Shown here piece after piece: positions 38,325 through 52,223 of a DNA stretch of 64,000 nucleotides. Position 1 is the stretch's first letter, and every line of letters starts with the position of its first letter. This stretch comes from Xylographa opegraphella (lineage: Eukaryota). Position numbers and translations under genes: made by a program. Under the pieces are notes generated by a model, which did no database searches, was not told the origin of the DNA, and was given only the letters and a program-made list of their open reading frames with translations. Location: contig JALDZX010000027.1 of NCBI GenBank assembly GCA_022813865.1, positions 1 through 64,000 of the forward strand, written 5' to 3'.

Positions 38325-40890
38325 TCAGCCCTCGCCTCGCTCTTCACTTCCCGCTAGCTCTATCTCCAGGTCAGCCTCGAAGTCGCCCCAGCCATCGTCA
38401 TCTGTCTCCACCTTCTCAGCGTCCTCTCCTGTAGTGAACTGAGATCTCCCCACTTCCGACTCATTCGGCTGACTGGCACTCATGTTTGTTGACCGGCCCG
38501 GAGATTGCTTTTTCGTAGCAGGAAAGCCGTCGTCCAAGCCGTCGCTGATTTCATCGTGTGTTCTCTTGCCCGAGGGTTTTTTGCTGCGAATACTCATCCT
38601 TCCGCTCTCCTCGCTCGCCACGCTGTCGCCGTCGCTGTCGTCGGCGTCGCTGCCGAGGAACTCCTCCAATTCGTTGTTCATCTCTTGCCAGTCATCATTG
38701 GTACCGCCAACAGGGCTCTTTTCATCGACAATATCGTCCGGTAGCAAGTCCTCGAGATCCTCGTCGTCAGTCGCGTAGTTAGTCTTGATGGTAAGCTTTT
38801 GGCCGAGTCTGGAGTTCTGCGAACTCTCCGCATCAGTGGTATCGCCGTCAGTTTCAAAGGCACTTCCGAGCTCTTCACTGTCGCTCAAGACCTCGTCATC
38901 TTCGCCCGGCCCGGGTTTACCAGCTTCCCCGTCGTCGGTCTTCAGAAGGTACGGCGTTTCTTCTTGTCGTGCCCACCGACTGATGCTATCCATCAACCAC
39001 TTCGTATTCACGATCTTGATCCGGCCCCTGCCCCGCCTGATGGCCTGCCTTACTTTCGCTGTTCTATTTCTGGCTGCTATCACGTGTGTCGTACTTCGCC
39101 TCGAAACATTCTCTTCAACTTTTGCACCAAAGCTCTTGGCCCAAAGAGCAATATCACTACTTTGGATATCGATCCCAAGAGGAACCACACCAGAAAAGAC
39201 GATGACAACCTTTGCTAACACGCGCGCTTTGATGGCCGGCATGATAGTCTTGATATCGGGCACTATGTCCAGATCCAGTCTATCGTTATTGTTGACTTTG
39301 TGATAGGTCTTGAAAAACTCGGCATGTACTTTGGAAAGGGATCGTTCCAGGTATACTAACTCGTCGTCATCGTCGTGAAGTAGGTTACGGTGGTGAGGTT
39401 TTTCTGTCTCTGGTGTATGGACTTGTGACTCTCCATCCACGCCAAGCTTGGCGGCTTTGGCATCGTCCTCGGCTTCCAGTTGCTTCTGTTTCTGAAGCAG
39501 CGGCTGCTCTTGTAGCTGAGCGGCGATGGCCTCATCTTGTTCACTGGCTTGAACGAGCAGAAGGCCTGGATCATCGCCACCTCCCATCGACACGAGCTGC
39601 TCTAAAGTTGAGCTGCCAGTCTCTGCGGACGATATCTCTGCTTTTGGAGTCTCAGATTTCTCGACATCCGCACTTTGGCCGTTGACCTTCGGCTCCGGCT
39701 CAATGATCGTAGCGTTGGTAGCAAGGTCTTGGTTCGGATCCGGGGATACAGTAGTCTCAGCAGCTTTCGAGGTGATTTTGATTTTCGGCTTCTTCGGCAG
39801 GAAACTTGAATTGATATCGCCGATGCCGACGAAGAAATCGTACGGTGTGACTTTGATAAGGTTCTCGTTCCACTTCCAGACATCTCCACGATCATCGATA
39901 ATGACAACCATTTTCGTATCCACCGGGAACAAGCGCTGTAGGTTCTTCGCGACTAAGCTTCCGCTCTCGTCCCGACTCAGAATTCGATCACCAAATATCC
40001 GACGGTCTGGGTCGATCAGTTTGGCAATGTTCTGCGCATAGGCCCTTGTTCCCATTGTGTAGATATGCAATTCGTAAAGGTTCGAGACGCTATCCAGGAA
40101 GTCTTTCAGACCAGGCCGTAGCTTGATATAGTACCAGCATCCTCTCGCACCAGGACCATCATCCACAAGCTGAAAGGCGCGGACGTCCTTCACGGCTTCG
40201 TAATTTGGGTTGTCAGGATCCCTCTGCCAGTCTGCAACGGTTGGATCCACCGTGGCGTGGATGATCGTTTGATCCAGGTCTACCACGAGCGACAGCTTCC
40301 TAGCCTTTAGCAAGCGTCTCTTGACCTCTTCTTCCACTTTCGTAGCTTCGTCCTCGCTCACCCGAAGTGCGACATTGTCATGGATCATGTTGATTTGCGC
40401 TCTCGAAGCATCGACTTGGTTGGTAACGTACGATCGCCTGCAGAAAGTTCTGGTCAGTATGTATAAAGTGCAGAGTAGGTTTGAGGGACGAAAGACATAC
40501 TCGGTCATGTCCTTCCCGCATTCCACGCACATCCCACCATACTGCACCCCATGCGAGCAGAGTTCTTCGATCTCCGCAATAACTTCCCTTTCGATAATAT
40601 CAGCAATGATGCGCCTGGAACTGTTCACAAAGGACGTACCCTCCATGCGTGATCACCGCCCCTTCCGCGATTTTCCACCTCTTAAAGGTTCCCTCCACGT
40701 TCGACTCGAATCTGGTGGGGAAGGTCTTGTCGACCTCAAAGACATTGTTGAGTTCATCACTCTCCGTCACCCTGGTTTTGTAAAAGTAGGTAAACAGTGG
40801 GGTGAACTTATCTACATTATCGTTGGGTTGCTTTAAGAGGTCGGTGACGGTGATCGGATAATGGAGATTATGAGGAAGTCGCAGGTGCAT
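38325..40890 (-). CDS. FCP1: RNA polymerase II CTD phosphatase Fcp1, 3 exons
   Basis: CSHGVQYGGMCVECG, catalytic LVVDLDQTIIHA, KLRPGL, IIDDRGDVW, BRCT (VFSGVVP..THVIAA..WLMDS), acidic tail. Confidence 0.96.
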
Positions 40891-41696
40891 AGAGGGAGAC
40901 GTCGATAGCTAGACAGTGCTAGTGCACGATCATGGCTTTCCGGGCGTGGAGCGATTGGCAGGATTGGTGCAGTGTTTACGGAACTGAAGTCGCGTGCGAT
41001 TGACTTTCTGGGGTTTCTGGGTCGGTGGTACAAGGCCGTTGGAGCCGAAAGTCTTCACCACCAAGCTTGTTGTGTTTGGGTAACGAGCAAGAAGCAAAAA
41101 ACCAAGCTGGTAGAGAAGTGCTGGGCCAATGGGTCGATGATGGAAGCTTGAACGTGATATTGACGCTATTTGGCGATTGAGCTTTATCGCGGGATCTGGC
41201 AGCGTATTTATATTGGAGGCTTGCGACGGATGCGGGTCGGGCGATGGTCTGGCCTAGCGCCAAACAGAGCTCCATTGAGAGCGCTAGTTATGCACGGGCG
41301 ATCATAAGGCACCGGTTGCACAACTCCGCACTTAACGGTTATACACAAAAGTATACCCTAAGATATGACCGTTATGTTGACCTTCACAACACACCAGGCT
41401 GGTCGTTGGATGGGTCAGCACCTGTTATAAATGTTAAATGGGCACTTGGATAAAAGAGTGCATGCTGGCAGTACTAGGTATAAACAGGAAACACATTCTT
41501 CGGTTAGCCCGGTTGCCGTCGTTCTATGGCAATCAAGCCGAGATTTACCCACAACATTTTCCGCTATATAGGTATCTAGTCCTCATGTCCGCCACCATTC
41601 CCTTCTTCTATTGTTATATCTCTGTACAGGCCCTGTCTTCTCAAACTCCCTCTTCATGCTTTGCTCAGCCCTGGTGCAAACCCTCCCTACTCAGCT

Positions 41697-42713
41697 TCAC
41701 TTCTCCCAAACCCCTGGCCTCACCAACGCCAGCCGCACAGCACCGACCCTCTTCCGCTCCTTCAACCACGCCTGCAAACTCGCCTGCAGCTTTGCATCCC
41801 CTCTCCCCAGCACATCCATCCCTCTCTCCTCGAGCGCGATCCGTACCTCTTCCATCTCCATCCGCCCCACACCTCCATACCGCTCTATCGCCGCGTCATC
41901 CACGCTGATATAGTCCTCCCACTGCTGGACCCGGCGTCTCAAAAGCGCAGTGGGCAAACCGACGCCCAATCGATCGAACAACGAAGAGTACAGCCCGAGA
42001 CTACGGCCTACGTGGGACAGCTGATTGGGCGGCAAGGTCTCCAAATCGACTGCTCCCTTATCTGCGGTCGTGACCGTACCCTCCCGGAATGAGTTCCGCC
42101 GTCTTTCTTCCGCCTTTCCCCGATCCCTCGCGACCTGCTTGGGCACTTTACACGTGCGCGGCACCACGCCGCTCATGAAAATCACGACCAGCGGCGTGAA
42201 CTCCCCGCAGATCATAAACACCAGCGCGAACAGCGGCACCTTCTTGATATCCTGGTTACTTCGCCGTATCAACAGCCATTCCCCTCGACTCAGCACTCCC
42301 TGCTGCAGTGCTTGTTCTGGGCTCGTGTCCGCGGGTAAGCGAGACCGTATTCTCCGAGCGTTTTGCCAATTGCTGTATACGGCTTTGGCGCCTGTTTTGT
42401 AGAAGGAGAGGTAAGCGCGCCCGAGCGAGAAGTAATAGCGTGGCGCGGATTGGGAGTCGGAGCGGATGGGCAAGACGAGCGGCGGAGGAAGAGTCGAGGA
42501 GGGAGGGTTCAATGAAGGGGCGTGGTTGATCCGCGTGGCGGACGGCGTGGACAGCTGGCGGCGAGTGGGAGCGTGCAGGCAGAAGCGCGCAAGCCCGGGG
42601 TGAGCATCTTGACTGACGGCGGCAAGAGAGGAGTGCTGCAGGAGACCACGATGCAGCGAGCGTGCCAGGACGAGCTGAAGGCGGCTGCTCCGATTTGAGA
42701 GGGTGATGGTCAT
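41697..42713 (-). CDS. LETM1-like ribosome-binding-domain mitochondrial protein
   Basis: GRAYLSFYKTGAK, LSRGEWLLIRRSNQDIKKVPLFALVFMICGEFTPLVV..VPRTC, DDAAI..GG..EEVRIALEERG. Confidence 0.8.
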   Translation of the reverse strand: MTITLSNRSSRLQLVLARSLHRGLLQHSSLAAVSQDAHPGLARFCLHAPTRRQLSTPSATRINHAPSLNPPSSTLPPPLVLPIRSDSQSAPRYYFSLGRAYLSFYKTGAKAVYSNWQNARRIRSRLPADTSPEQALQQGVLSRGEWLLIRRSNQDIKKVPLFALVFMICGEFTPLVVIFMSGVVPRTCKVPKQVARDRGKAEERRRNSFREGTVTTADKGAVDLETLPPNQLSHVGRSLGLYSSLFDRLGVGLPTALLRRRVQQWEDYISVDDAAIERYGGVGRMEMEEVRIALEERGMDVLGRGDAKLQASLQAWLKERKRVGAVRLALVRPGVWEK

Positions 42714-42918
42714 GGCACGTAGTGAAAGAAGAAGCTTAGCACTTCACCATAAAATTTGCCGTTTAGAGTATTTCATGTGTTTACGTCTTGAGTCAGGAAT
42801 CGTCATTTTCCAGCGGGTCGTCCCGCAGAGCCTCAATCACCACCAAATGGTATAATCGTTTTGCTGCTCCAACAGTGAGCCTATACACAACCCCACCTCC
42901 ACCCAAGGTGCTTCGGAC

Positions 42919-43814
42919 ATGGCAAGCCAAGTCTCAAGGTGAGCTACAGTGTCGTGCTCGAGGACCAGCCCATCGGCCACTAACGCACACGCAGCAAAGA
43001 TGCGCCCACCAACCCGCGCGGGATCCCCTTCGCGCCGTTCGTCGACAAAGTCGAAGACTACGTCTCCTCGCGGGCGGAGGTGGACGGAACAATGAGAAGC
43101 TTCCAAGAGATGATCGCGTGCGCCATCCACCTCCCCATCTTCCCACCATCCAACCCACTCATCTAACAGCTCACTGGGGGGGGGGGCGCAGCAAATACCA
43201 GTTCATGGAAGTGAACACGCAGCGCCGCAGCGCGGGGCTGAAGGACAAGATCCCCGACATCCAGAAGACGCTCGACACGGTGCGCTTCCTGAAGACGCGA
43301 GAGGTGCGTTTGTGTGTGTCCGCTGATGCCAGAGGGGGGGGGGGCGTGGGGAGAGAGGGAGGATTTGCGTGGCTGACATGAGTGCTTGCCGTCCGCAAAA
43401 GCCCGACGCGGACCCGCTGGAAGCGACCTTCGAGCTCAACGACACCCTCTACGCCAAGGCGCATATCCCGTACACGGACGAGGTCTATCTCTGGCTCGGG
43501 GCGAATGTCATGCTGGCGTACCCGATACCGGAGGCGGAGGAGCTGTTGCAGGGGAAGCTGGACGCCGCCAAGGTCACTCTGGCCAACTGTGAGGAGGATT
43601 TGGACTTTTTGCGCGAGCAGATTACGGTATGGAATATCTGTTGTTGTTGTTGTTGTCGTTGGAACAGGATCGTGCGGCTGACTCTGGAGGACAGACGCTC
43701 GAGGTAGCCACGGCTCGGGTCTACAATTGGGACATCACGCAGAAGCGGAAGGAGAAGGCGGAATTGGGAGATGGTGGAGAGGGGGAGGGTAAGAAGATAG
43801 CTCCGAATGGATAA
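42919..43814 (+). CDS. PAC10: Prefoldin subunit 3, 5 exons
   Basis: TNPRGIPFAPFVDKVEDYV, KYQFME, KIPDIQKTL, FELNDTLYAKA, VYLWLGANVML, DLDFLREQIT|TLEVATARVYNWD. Confidence 0.95.
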
Positions 43815-44243
43815 GAAAGTCTTGCTGGAAATTTCTGGTCGTGGTTCTCATCCGCGCAAGTACCTCATCCCAAATGTAGTCCTGCATCCGACCAACGCGT
43901 TGTATGCACGAGCAAGCGGGAGTCAGCGCCAACAGCATGGTCCAGCATCTTCCTATCCAAGAACTAGTATGATGTACACTGCAATCCCACTGCCACGCCC
44001 AAGCGACAGGTATAAATTTCAAGATAGGAAGTGAAGCCAGCCGCTATGAAGTCATCACAAATCGTCCCTCCGCGCGTGCAGAAATGCATGGTGGTATCCG
44101 CTTCCAACAACCCGAACTCCTTCCACTGCAGCAATCCGATATTCCTCCTCTTACACTAGGCTATTCTTACACAGCAAACCGCTTATCCCAATCGACGCAC
44201 AGGGTCCAGAAACCGGTCGGCGGTTCGGTCAGCATCATACAGT

Positions 44244-46763
44244 CTACCAACCTTTCTTCCTGGCGAAGCGCTTGTTGAGCAAAGCTAGTACCTTGGGTAC
44301 ATTGAACTGGACGTATTCGAGGTCGAGATCCTCTTGATTATCCTTTTGCATCTCTAGCAAGTCATCCAGCTTCAAGTCAAGTTCGAGGAGGCCTCGGTTT
44401 CTGCCTGGTGAATCGTCAGCATTTTCCGAAGCCTTGGATCTTATCGAAAAAAAGGACCCCGCACCCTTGTAGTGTAGACTGATGACAAAAGTCCCAGGTA
44501 GTGGACTGGTGAAATTGAAGTAAATATTTGCCCTCCGATTGTCCGGCACGTTGCTCTTCTGAATAACTCCCTCTTTCTCAAGCTGCTGGTGTGTAAACTT
44601 GTAGGGCCCCAGGACCTGCTGCTTCTGCTGTTTCCGTTGCTTTCCTTCCGACTGACTCCGCACGTTATGCAGGTACGACTTGTAGGTTTCAAGTTGTCCA
44701 ACAAGATAACTGTTGTGATCACGAATCGTGCGGAAAACTTCTTCAAGCTGCTTGGTCTCTTCGATCACCTTGTCCTTCAGCGAGCCTAGATGGACGAGTT
44801 CTTGTTCAACCTCGTCCCGAAGTAAGCTAAATCCATCACTTTTGTCGATCACTCCGAGTTCTTGCAACTGGCTGAGAAGCTCCATACATCGGATACCTTT
44901 CCTAACCATTACGCCGTCATTCTTCAAGGTAGCGGCCGCTTCCGCTACTCGGTCCAGGCGAAGTGGTCGTTTGATGACAGCCGAGTGCTGCGGTAGGGAT
45001 CGCATGATCTGTACAAAGGTGGCTTTTGCTTCCATGAAGTAAATCTCCTCTTCGGTGATATCCAAGGCTGCGGTGAGATCATCAATTGCAGTTTCCCACT
45101 TGCTGAACAAAGGAAGATTGATAGCTCTATTCTCCTTGCGAGGCAGCTGTCCTGGAGCAGGGCCGAGTTCCTGCAACAGCAGTTTCAGATGTGAATGCTC
45201 GTCTTTAGCCAGTGCCTGAGAGTGCTTCTCCAACAAAGCATGCGTCGCATAGACCTCGTTCAGAGTGATGGACAACTCAAGATCTTTTTTGGACAGAGCC
45301 ACGTAGTTATCCATCTCCAGGCTTTCGTAGAAGTCCTGCACTTCGCAGAGATCGAGCATGAACTTGTTGACACGTTCTTTGTTCTTGTGGATGAACGGCT
45401 GAAGTTTCGCCATGTATGGTTCCTTGGCATATGACGGTTTGTTCGCAAGGTTCTGGAGCATTTTGGCGACCAAGGTCAACGTTCTTCGTGGGTGATCTGC
45501 CGGAGTGCCATCGATGAGCATATAAGATCGAGGTGTGACAATCGCGGGATTGATGAATCGGAGAAAGAAGAAACCACCTATTAGTGTGCAGATGGTTTGA
45601 TCCTGGGCGTCGGGATACTTTCTCCTCGAAAGGCTGCGAATCTGTTTGCAGATCCATCGTATGCCATACGGAGTTTCGTGCAAGCCATTGATAATAGTCT
45701 CCAAGAACGACGTGGCAAGCTCGGTGAGCATTTTCAGTCTTGGCTCAATGATGGCCTGAACTTGGGCATTCTCCGCCGCTTCTTCGGCCGTTACACCGTG
45801 GGGCAGGAACTCGGGAACTTCCCCAGTATCGTCTTTTATTTTATCCACCATACGTTCATATACTTTGAGTGGATTGATCTCGAGATCCACGTCCTTAAGC
45901 TCTATCAAGGAGTTTATCTTGTCCCTGAGGACTTCCTTGAGGTACGTTTGCCCTGGTCCTCGCCGGGTATATGTGGTCATCATCCGCGAGACTGGAGTGT
46001 TGGCCCGCAGTAGTGAAGAATATTCTATCGTGTTATCGAACTGATACGTCAAAACCGACTGGAACATGGTCAGCAATAGATGTTCTTCTCGACTCTCGTA
46101 TTGGTTTCCGTATATGGTGAACATCACGGTTTGCAGGAGCGAATCGATCTCTGTCATTGTGACGAGTCGGCATAAATGGGCGATGTGTCGCGGTTCGCAT
46201 TGTAAGAGAAAGAGGAGATTGCCGTATTTTTGTGTCTTCTCGTCGTTTGGGAAAAACCCCTCTTGAAGATCGGAAGCATCTTCCAGGTGATTCGCAACCT
46301 CATTTTGCTATTCAATCGTCAGGTAAGTATCATATGTCTTCGCGGGAAGCGCGACCTACCTCCTCCAGAGCCATGCGGTTTTGAATCAGCAACGCTATTC
46401 TCGAGTCGAGATAACGAACGTCTTTCTCCAGCACGAAATTCTTCTTCGACTGGCTCGATATCTTGGTTTTCAAATCTCGGAGGATCTTCTGGGCTGTTTT
46501 TCACATTCAGTAAGAAAGCCACTCTTTGACCCCAGGTTTTACTTACCCCGAGCTAGGTCGTCCTCAATTTCCAAGTCCTTATCCTTTTGGGACATGGACA
46601 GATACAAGGCAGTATACGATAGCCGCTTCGACTGCCGCGCCGAGCGGCCGTCGTGAGAGTTCATGGTGTTCTGGCGAGACACCGCCACGTATGAGGAAGA
46701 GGAGGATGTTGAAGCACGGGAGATGCGTGAGGCAGGTTGTAGCATTGTCGCAACAGACATCAT
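44244..46763 (-). CDS. gapA: Ras GTPase-activating protein (Gap1/Sar1/GapA type), multi-exon
   Basis: [44 protein letters not shown]; RasGAP_C-type tail [21 protein letters not shown]. Confidence 0.94.
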
Positions 46764-47556
46764 GCTGTCCCTGACGCGAGGGTGGTCGGTATGCTAGGTG
46801 CTCTGGAAATAGCTAGAGGGCGGAAGACGCAATCGTTGTGCGCCTCGTAGCCGTGCACGTCGGTGTCGGTCTCTGTTCACAGGCGGCAAGGTAGTGGGAT
46901 GCGTGTTGAGATGTGAGCGCAGTGGGCGCAGATGACCTGAATCCCGCCGGCGGGAACGGTGGAGCTGTCGTCCTGCGATGGAGAATCGTGTTGGCTGGAG
47001 CGCCTCTTTCGCCCGATGATGCCCAGCGCACACGGGTGTTGTGTCACAAAGACTCGTGAATCAAGCCTCAAGAGTTTCCATCACAATCCATCCACAGCTT
47101 TCGGGCTCTGAGCGCGAATCCCGTAATTGACGATGCGACTTCCTGCTCCTTCAGTAAGTGATGGGGTTCGCAAGTTCAGTCGGTCTGGTGAACGCCGCAG
47201 CCGAGTTAGGAACGGTTGATTGCGACGAAAGAGCTCGGCGTTGGTAGGATGGAAGGGAGCGTGGGGTGACTATACATAAAGGATCAATACGTCTGGAGGA
47301 GAATGGCCAGCATGCAGGAGGGTGAATCAGTCTGATTGATGTTCAAGGCCAACGACAATAGGGTAACGATGTCCAATGCCTAAGGATGGAAGCTAGGTAG
47401 GTTCCTAGGAGAGAGACTGGGGTGCGATTTGAGGACGGACGGGGGATGTGGAGAGGGGTGGTGGGCTGCGTCCTCGTCGCCAGTCAACCACTAACTGGTC
47501 TAGAGTGAAGCAGGAAAAGGAGGGAGATTGGGAAAAGCTTTTGACTTTGGTGACAC

Positions 47557-47582
47557 CACACACACACACACTCACACACACA
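47557..47582. repeat. (CA)n microsatellite, 26 nt, one interruption
   Basis: cacacacacacacactcacacacaca. Confidence 0.9.
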
Positions 47583-47743
47583 GGAGATGACTTCTTGTTC
47601 GTGGTGCGGTATGTACCGAGTAAATTGAAGGAGCGGGACCGGGGCACCACGACGGTGTCACCCCGAGGAATGTGTAGCCCGTTCACACAATGGAGAGTCG
47701 GATGTGAAACACGATGCGCTTGCACGACGTCAAGTTGAAAGCA

Positions 47744-47769
47744 TGTGTGTATGTGTGTGTGTGTGTGTG
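47744..47769. repeat. (TG)n microsatellite, 26 nt, one interruption
   Basis: tgtgtgtatgtgtgtgtgtgtgtgtg. Confidence 0.9.
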
Positions 47770-48913
47770 CGTTGCAGCGTGTGCTATTTCGCTCTCGCTT
47801 TTGCGAGTCCGCGTGGGGTGATCTCAACATTCCTTGGTTTTGATTGGGATTGCGGTATGGCAACTGGCTCCACTACTTTCTGTGCTTTCGGATACTGGCC
47901 CGCCATATCGGGGAATGATGAAGGCCATCACGAAAGCGCTCGATGTAATATTGTCTATCACTACGGTAGTCTACGTACTATTCCCATCGCAGCCGATTCT
48001 GCTGTCGGCGTGCTCCAGCCCGCACGTACGAGGCACTAATCTGGACAAAAGGGCTACGCTCATCATCATTATATTGACTCGTACAAAGTAGTACTCCGTA
48101 CCTTAGTAACGTGGTCCATCCGAGGTGGTGGCGCAATCAAGGAAGCAGCAGCCCATGCCAAGTGCCTCAGCCGGATTGCACCTCGTGACGCGTGGGTTGT
48201 TCCTGCAGCCTGCACATCATCCCGAACAGCTGCCGGACCGTAAGGTAAGGTAAGGTATGAATCGGACGAGATACCTACCTATGTACGAAGTACTTCGTAA
48301 TCCAAGGCCGAAATCAATCACGTCGTCCCCGGCACCGGCACACGATTCGCAGCTCGAGTGTCCCCGTCCCCGTCCCCGACCCCTGCGCCCTGAGGCTGTC
48401 ATGAACCCCAGCCGGCATGCGTGGAATATGTTGCACGCAGTGGCAGCCGTTCTCTCACGACGCATCCTGCGTCGTGCCGACGTGCAAGAGCCAGATGTCG
48501 CCATCAAGCGTACCAGAGAAAAGCACCTCCACGTCGCTCACGTGGTCTGCCACAGTAAGCTTATCGTTTCAACCTTGTCGGCAGCCGTTGTGCCAGGAGT
48601 AGCCGTATCTACAAGCTGGCCAGGTCATGTGCGTCAATCAGGATTGGAGTTTACCGACCTTCAGTGAATTGAATTGATCGATTCTAGCCCTAGCTAATCG
48701 CGACTACCTTATTCGTCCATTGTCCACCGTCCACCAGATCCCTACCGTCCCTGGATTAACTGAGAGGTCGGGAGATGGCTGAACCTCGCGAGAACCTGAT
48801 TCATCTAATTGCCGCGGGCGAAGCTCCACTAAACACATTCACTGCGACTACATGCATATACAATCTTGCCACCGGAAACGCTGGTGAACGATCCACCAGA
48901 TACCGACCGGCCT

Positions 48914-51900
48914 CTAGTTGTAGTACCTGGGCTCGTCGAAGACGTGATACCGATGGCCCCGAACCCCTTCCCCGCGGAACAGCGCGGGGAAGCGGAGCCC
49001 GGCGGGCACTTGGTCTTCGTTGATGCGCTCGTACTCGTTCTCCGCTGCCCCGATCTGGAACTTGCCGACCTGGAGAGCATGCATCAGCGGCGGCGCGAGG
49101 GTGGGCGGGCAATCACCCGCGCAGAGAGACTTACTTGGATTTCCGTGTCGGTGATGGTGGACCGGCTCACGCGGGCGTATCCCGTCCTTCGCAGGCCCTT
49201 GTACAGGATGTACTCGCACCACCGGTCCCAATCGCTCGGGTCGATGTCCTTCATCCCACTTTTCTCCCCCACGTAAGTGTTGTAATTTCCTTCCAGTGGC
49301 TTCGTAACCAAGTAACTCAGGAGGATCTTCGGTCGAGGCGATGCGTGCATGAGTGTCGCCAGGTATTCCGACTGTAGCCGCCGATCTTCGGGGTCTTCCT
49401 CTTGGCCGGAGTGGAACAGGAAAACATCCATCAGAGTCCCATACGCGTCAATGGTGGCGTGGATGGCTGGGGCAAGCTCACCAACCGGAGAGGGGAGCAA
49501 GTGATGCGTCGAGTTGAGGATGGGGAACTTCGAGAGCAGCGCGCAACCCCAAGTGTGTTTGTTGGGTCCCGGCCCAAAGTCCACGTACATGCCGAGATCT
49601 TCGGCCAGGAACTGCGTCGTATCACGATTGCCCATGATGATCCGCTGAGTATCACTTTCGAGCAATCCCATGACGTCGATCTCGAGTTCCTTGATGACAT
49701 CTCTCATGCGGTGTTCGGACGACCACATATCGTTGTCGAGCGAGAAGTGTACGGTCCACACGCCTGCGGTGACAAGTTTGTCGTCCTTGTGATAAGGTAC
49801 ATAATCATTGGTAGGGAATCGCAGATATGCCACGGAGATAGCGACGAGTTCAAGGAGCCCCACGATATAGACATGGTACGCGCCGCCGAAACGACCTTTG
49901 CGTCTTGTGCGTCCGCGTACTTTGGTTGGTAGCCCAATGTCTGAACTTGTGATCACCCCAGCACCTAATAACAACACCGTAGCCGTCATTATGTAATCGG
50001 TGTGCTCTCGCAACAGCGGTCCCCCAGGCACAAAAGCATAAGCCACTGTCCAGACATGTGCGAGGACCATAAAGTTGTAGAATAAAAATGCCAGCCCAAA
50101 AGTTGTACCTGGGCTTCGATGTGCTGCGGAGCTGAGGAAAGGTGGAGCCAGAGACATCATAAAGCAGGCAAGTACTAGAGCGCCGAGGTAGCCAAACCAG
50201 TTGCTGAAGGCTGTGACCAGGAAAGTTCCCAATACTGTCAATAAGTACCTAGTGCGCAGGGTAATGACTTCCGGATAGACATGTCCCATGCAGAGACCTA
50301 CGCACATTGCAGTAATGGTAAGCACTCCATTCGCAGCGATAGGGCCTCGGACTGGATAGCCCTCCCAAACCCATAAAATCATGGTGCTGGAATCGGATAG
50401 CAAAGTGTGCATCCCAAAGAAAAGTCCCGCGAGACCGAGGCTGGACATGACCGACGACCCTTTTGATTTGCCGGATATTTCCACCGCACCACCAGTTGTC
50501 GCTACCACTCTTGTGCTCCGTAGGATAGCGAGTATTGCAAGAAATAGGCCTAGGTTATTCCAGCCGCCGTTGGGTCCATGCATTATCGGCCAAATAGGAT
50601 TATTGGTGAAGAATGCAAACTTGGCAATACTGGATGCTATCAAACCGAGACTCCAAGAAAATATGCGGTTCTCAAGCCGCTTCTTATCTCCACGCTCAGC
50701 ATACCACGTAGCTGACCAAGCGAGGCACGAATTAAAAACACCAAAACCCACAGCGCAGAGACGGATAGCGGGAGAAGTGATGAGATTACCGAACAAGCCT
50801 GTCAACGACAAAAGATGGACGATCCGTATGTTCCGAATTACACTAGAACGTAGGGGTCCTACGCCAAGTAAGAAAGGCGAGACCGACGACATAACAAATG
50901 CTTCGTAGCCGGATAATCCCATATGCCACAACGGAAAGTCTATACGGAAAATATCAGCATTCTTTATAGTTAGGACCTATAGGAGTGCAGCACGAACACC
51001 ATACAACTAGACCGAGGGATGTTAAGGTGGACCAGAAAACGAACTAGTTACGATTAGTGGCAATTCTTGCAGGCTCATCGAGCTACCTACCCCATTGTAG
51101 GTATCCGCAATAGCATCCAAGGCTTCACTCCATGCGAAATTTTGGTCCAGCACGTTACCGATTGCAGTATACTTTCTATATGCCCATCAGTCATACGCCT
51201 CCCTTGTTCTGCAGTATACCGTACTCCTTCTCACGAACTACCTGGGCGATGGAGCTTGAATCACTACTTGGAATGCCAATCAGCTAGCGAACACCAAAGG
51301 AAACATAGCGCCACCATACATTGATTCACTTTGGAAGCCATTTCACGTACCCTCTACTCAAGCCTTTGACATCTTTGATAACAATCTCGAAGTTTTCAAA
51401 ATCGATTGCAGTCACTGCGTCAAAGCTAACGTCGAACAGGACAAGAGCCCATTCGAAAAATGCATATATGGTATACGCTAAAAGGATTAGCGCAATTCTC
51501 CCTGCTCCTGAATGAACACACAAACCCCCTGCCACTTTGTGGACCTTGTGCTGGATGAAAAAGTAGATCAAAGGTACCAGTGTGCCAAAGAAACAACCAG
51601 CAAAGATTTTTCGGTACCGGAGGGCCTTTTCGTTCGTAGGGCTAAGAGCGAGACAGCCTAGCGTCCATGGTACTGTCGCAACGAGGTACGAGATCATGAA
51701 AATGTCGTGCCAGCCATGGTCATCTGTAGAAGTGACATATGTCCATCCTCCACAAGTAACAGTACGGAAGAACCCCACGCCTGCCACAAACTTTGGTAAT
51801 GACGAATTAGGACGTGCGGTCAAGATATACCAGAGGAAAACTAGGGCGAAGCGTGGGCCTGCAGAATTATCAGTAAGCTTTCCGGACGATGCATCTTCCA

Positions 51901-52223
51901 TAAGCTATACCTGAAGTAATTGCAATAAAGAGCTGGAAGACAGATCGCTCAGGATAGCGATCGCCGATCGTGGCTGAGACTGACGGAAACCATTCCTGCG
52001 GATAACCCTACAAGAAATATGTCAGCCGGTGAATAAAGTGAACATCTCCAGACCGGACATCTCGTACATAGTATTCGTTCTGCACTATCTTCTGGTAGTG
52101 TAAAGATAGGCCAGTGAGCAAGGCACCCAGAAATGCAGAATATGCAACAACAGTATGTGCCCACGCGATCCATTTACCAGAAAAGGCTACCACAACATCA
52201 CCATCCTTCGATTTTGGTGCCAT
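48914..52223 (-). CDS. CWH43: GPI lipid remodelling protein Cwh43 (Frag1/PGAP2 domain plus endonuclease/exonuclease/phosphatase-like domain), multi-exon
   Basis: [104 protein letters not shown]. Confidence 0.96.

Noticed and set aside
43638..43657. (TGT)n run read as poly-Cys in the ORF track
   Set aside because: It is a microsatellite inside the last prefoldin intron.
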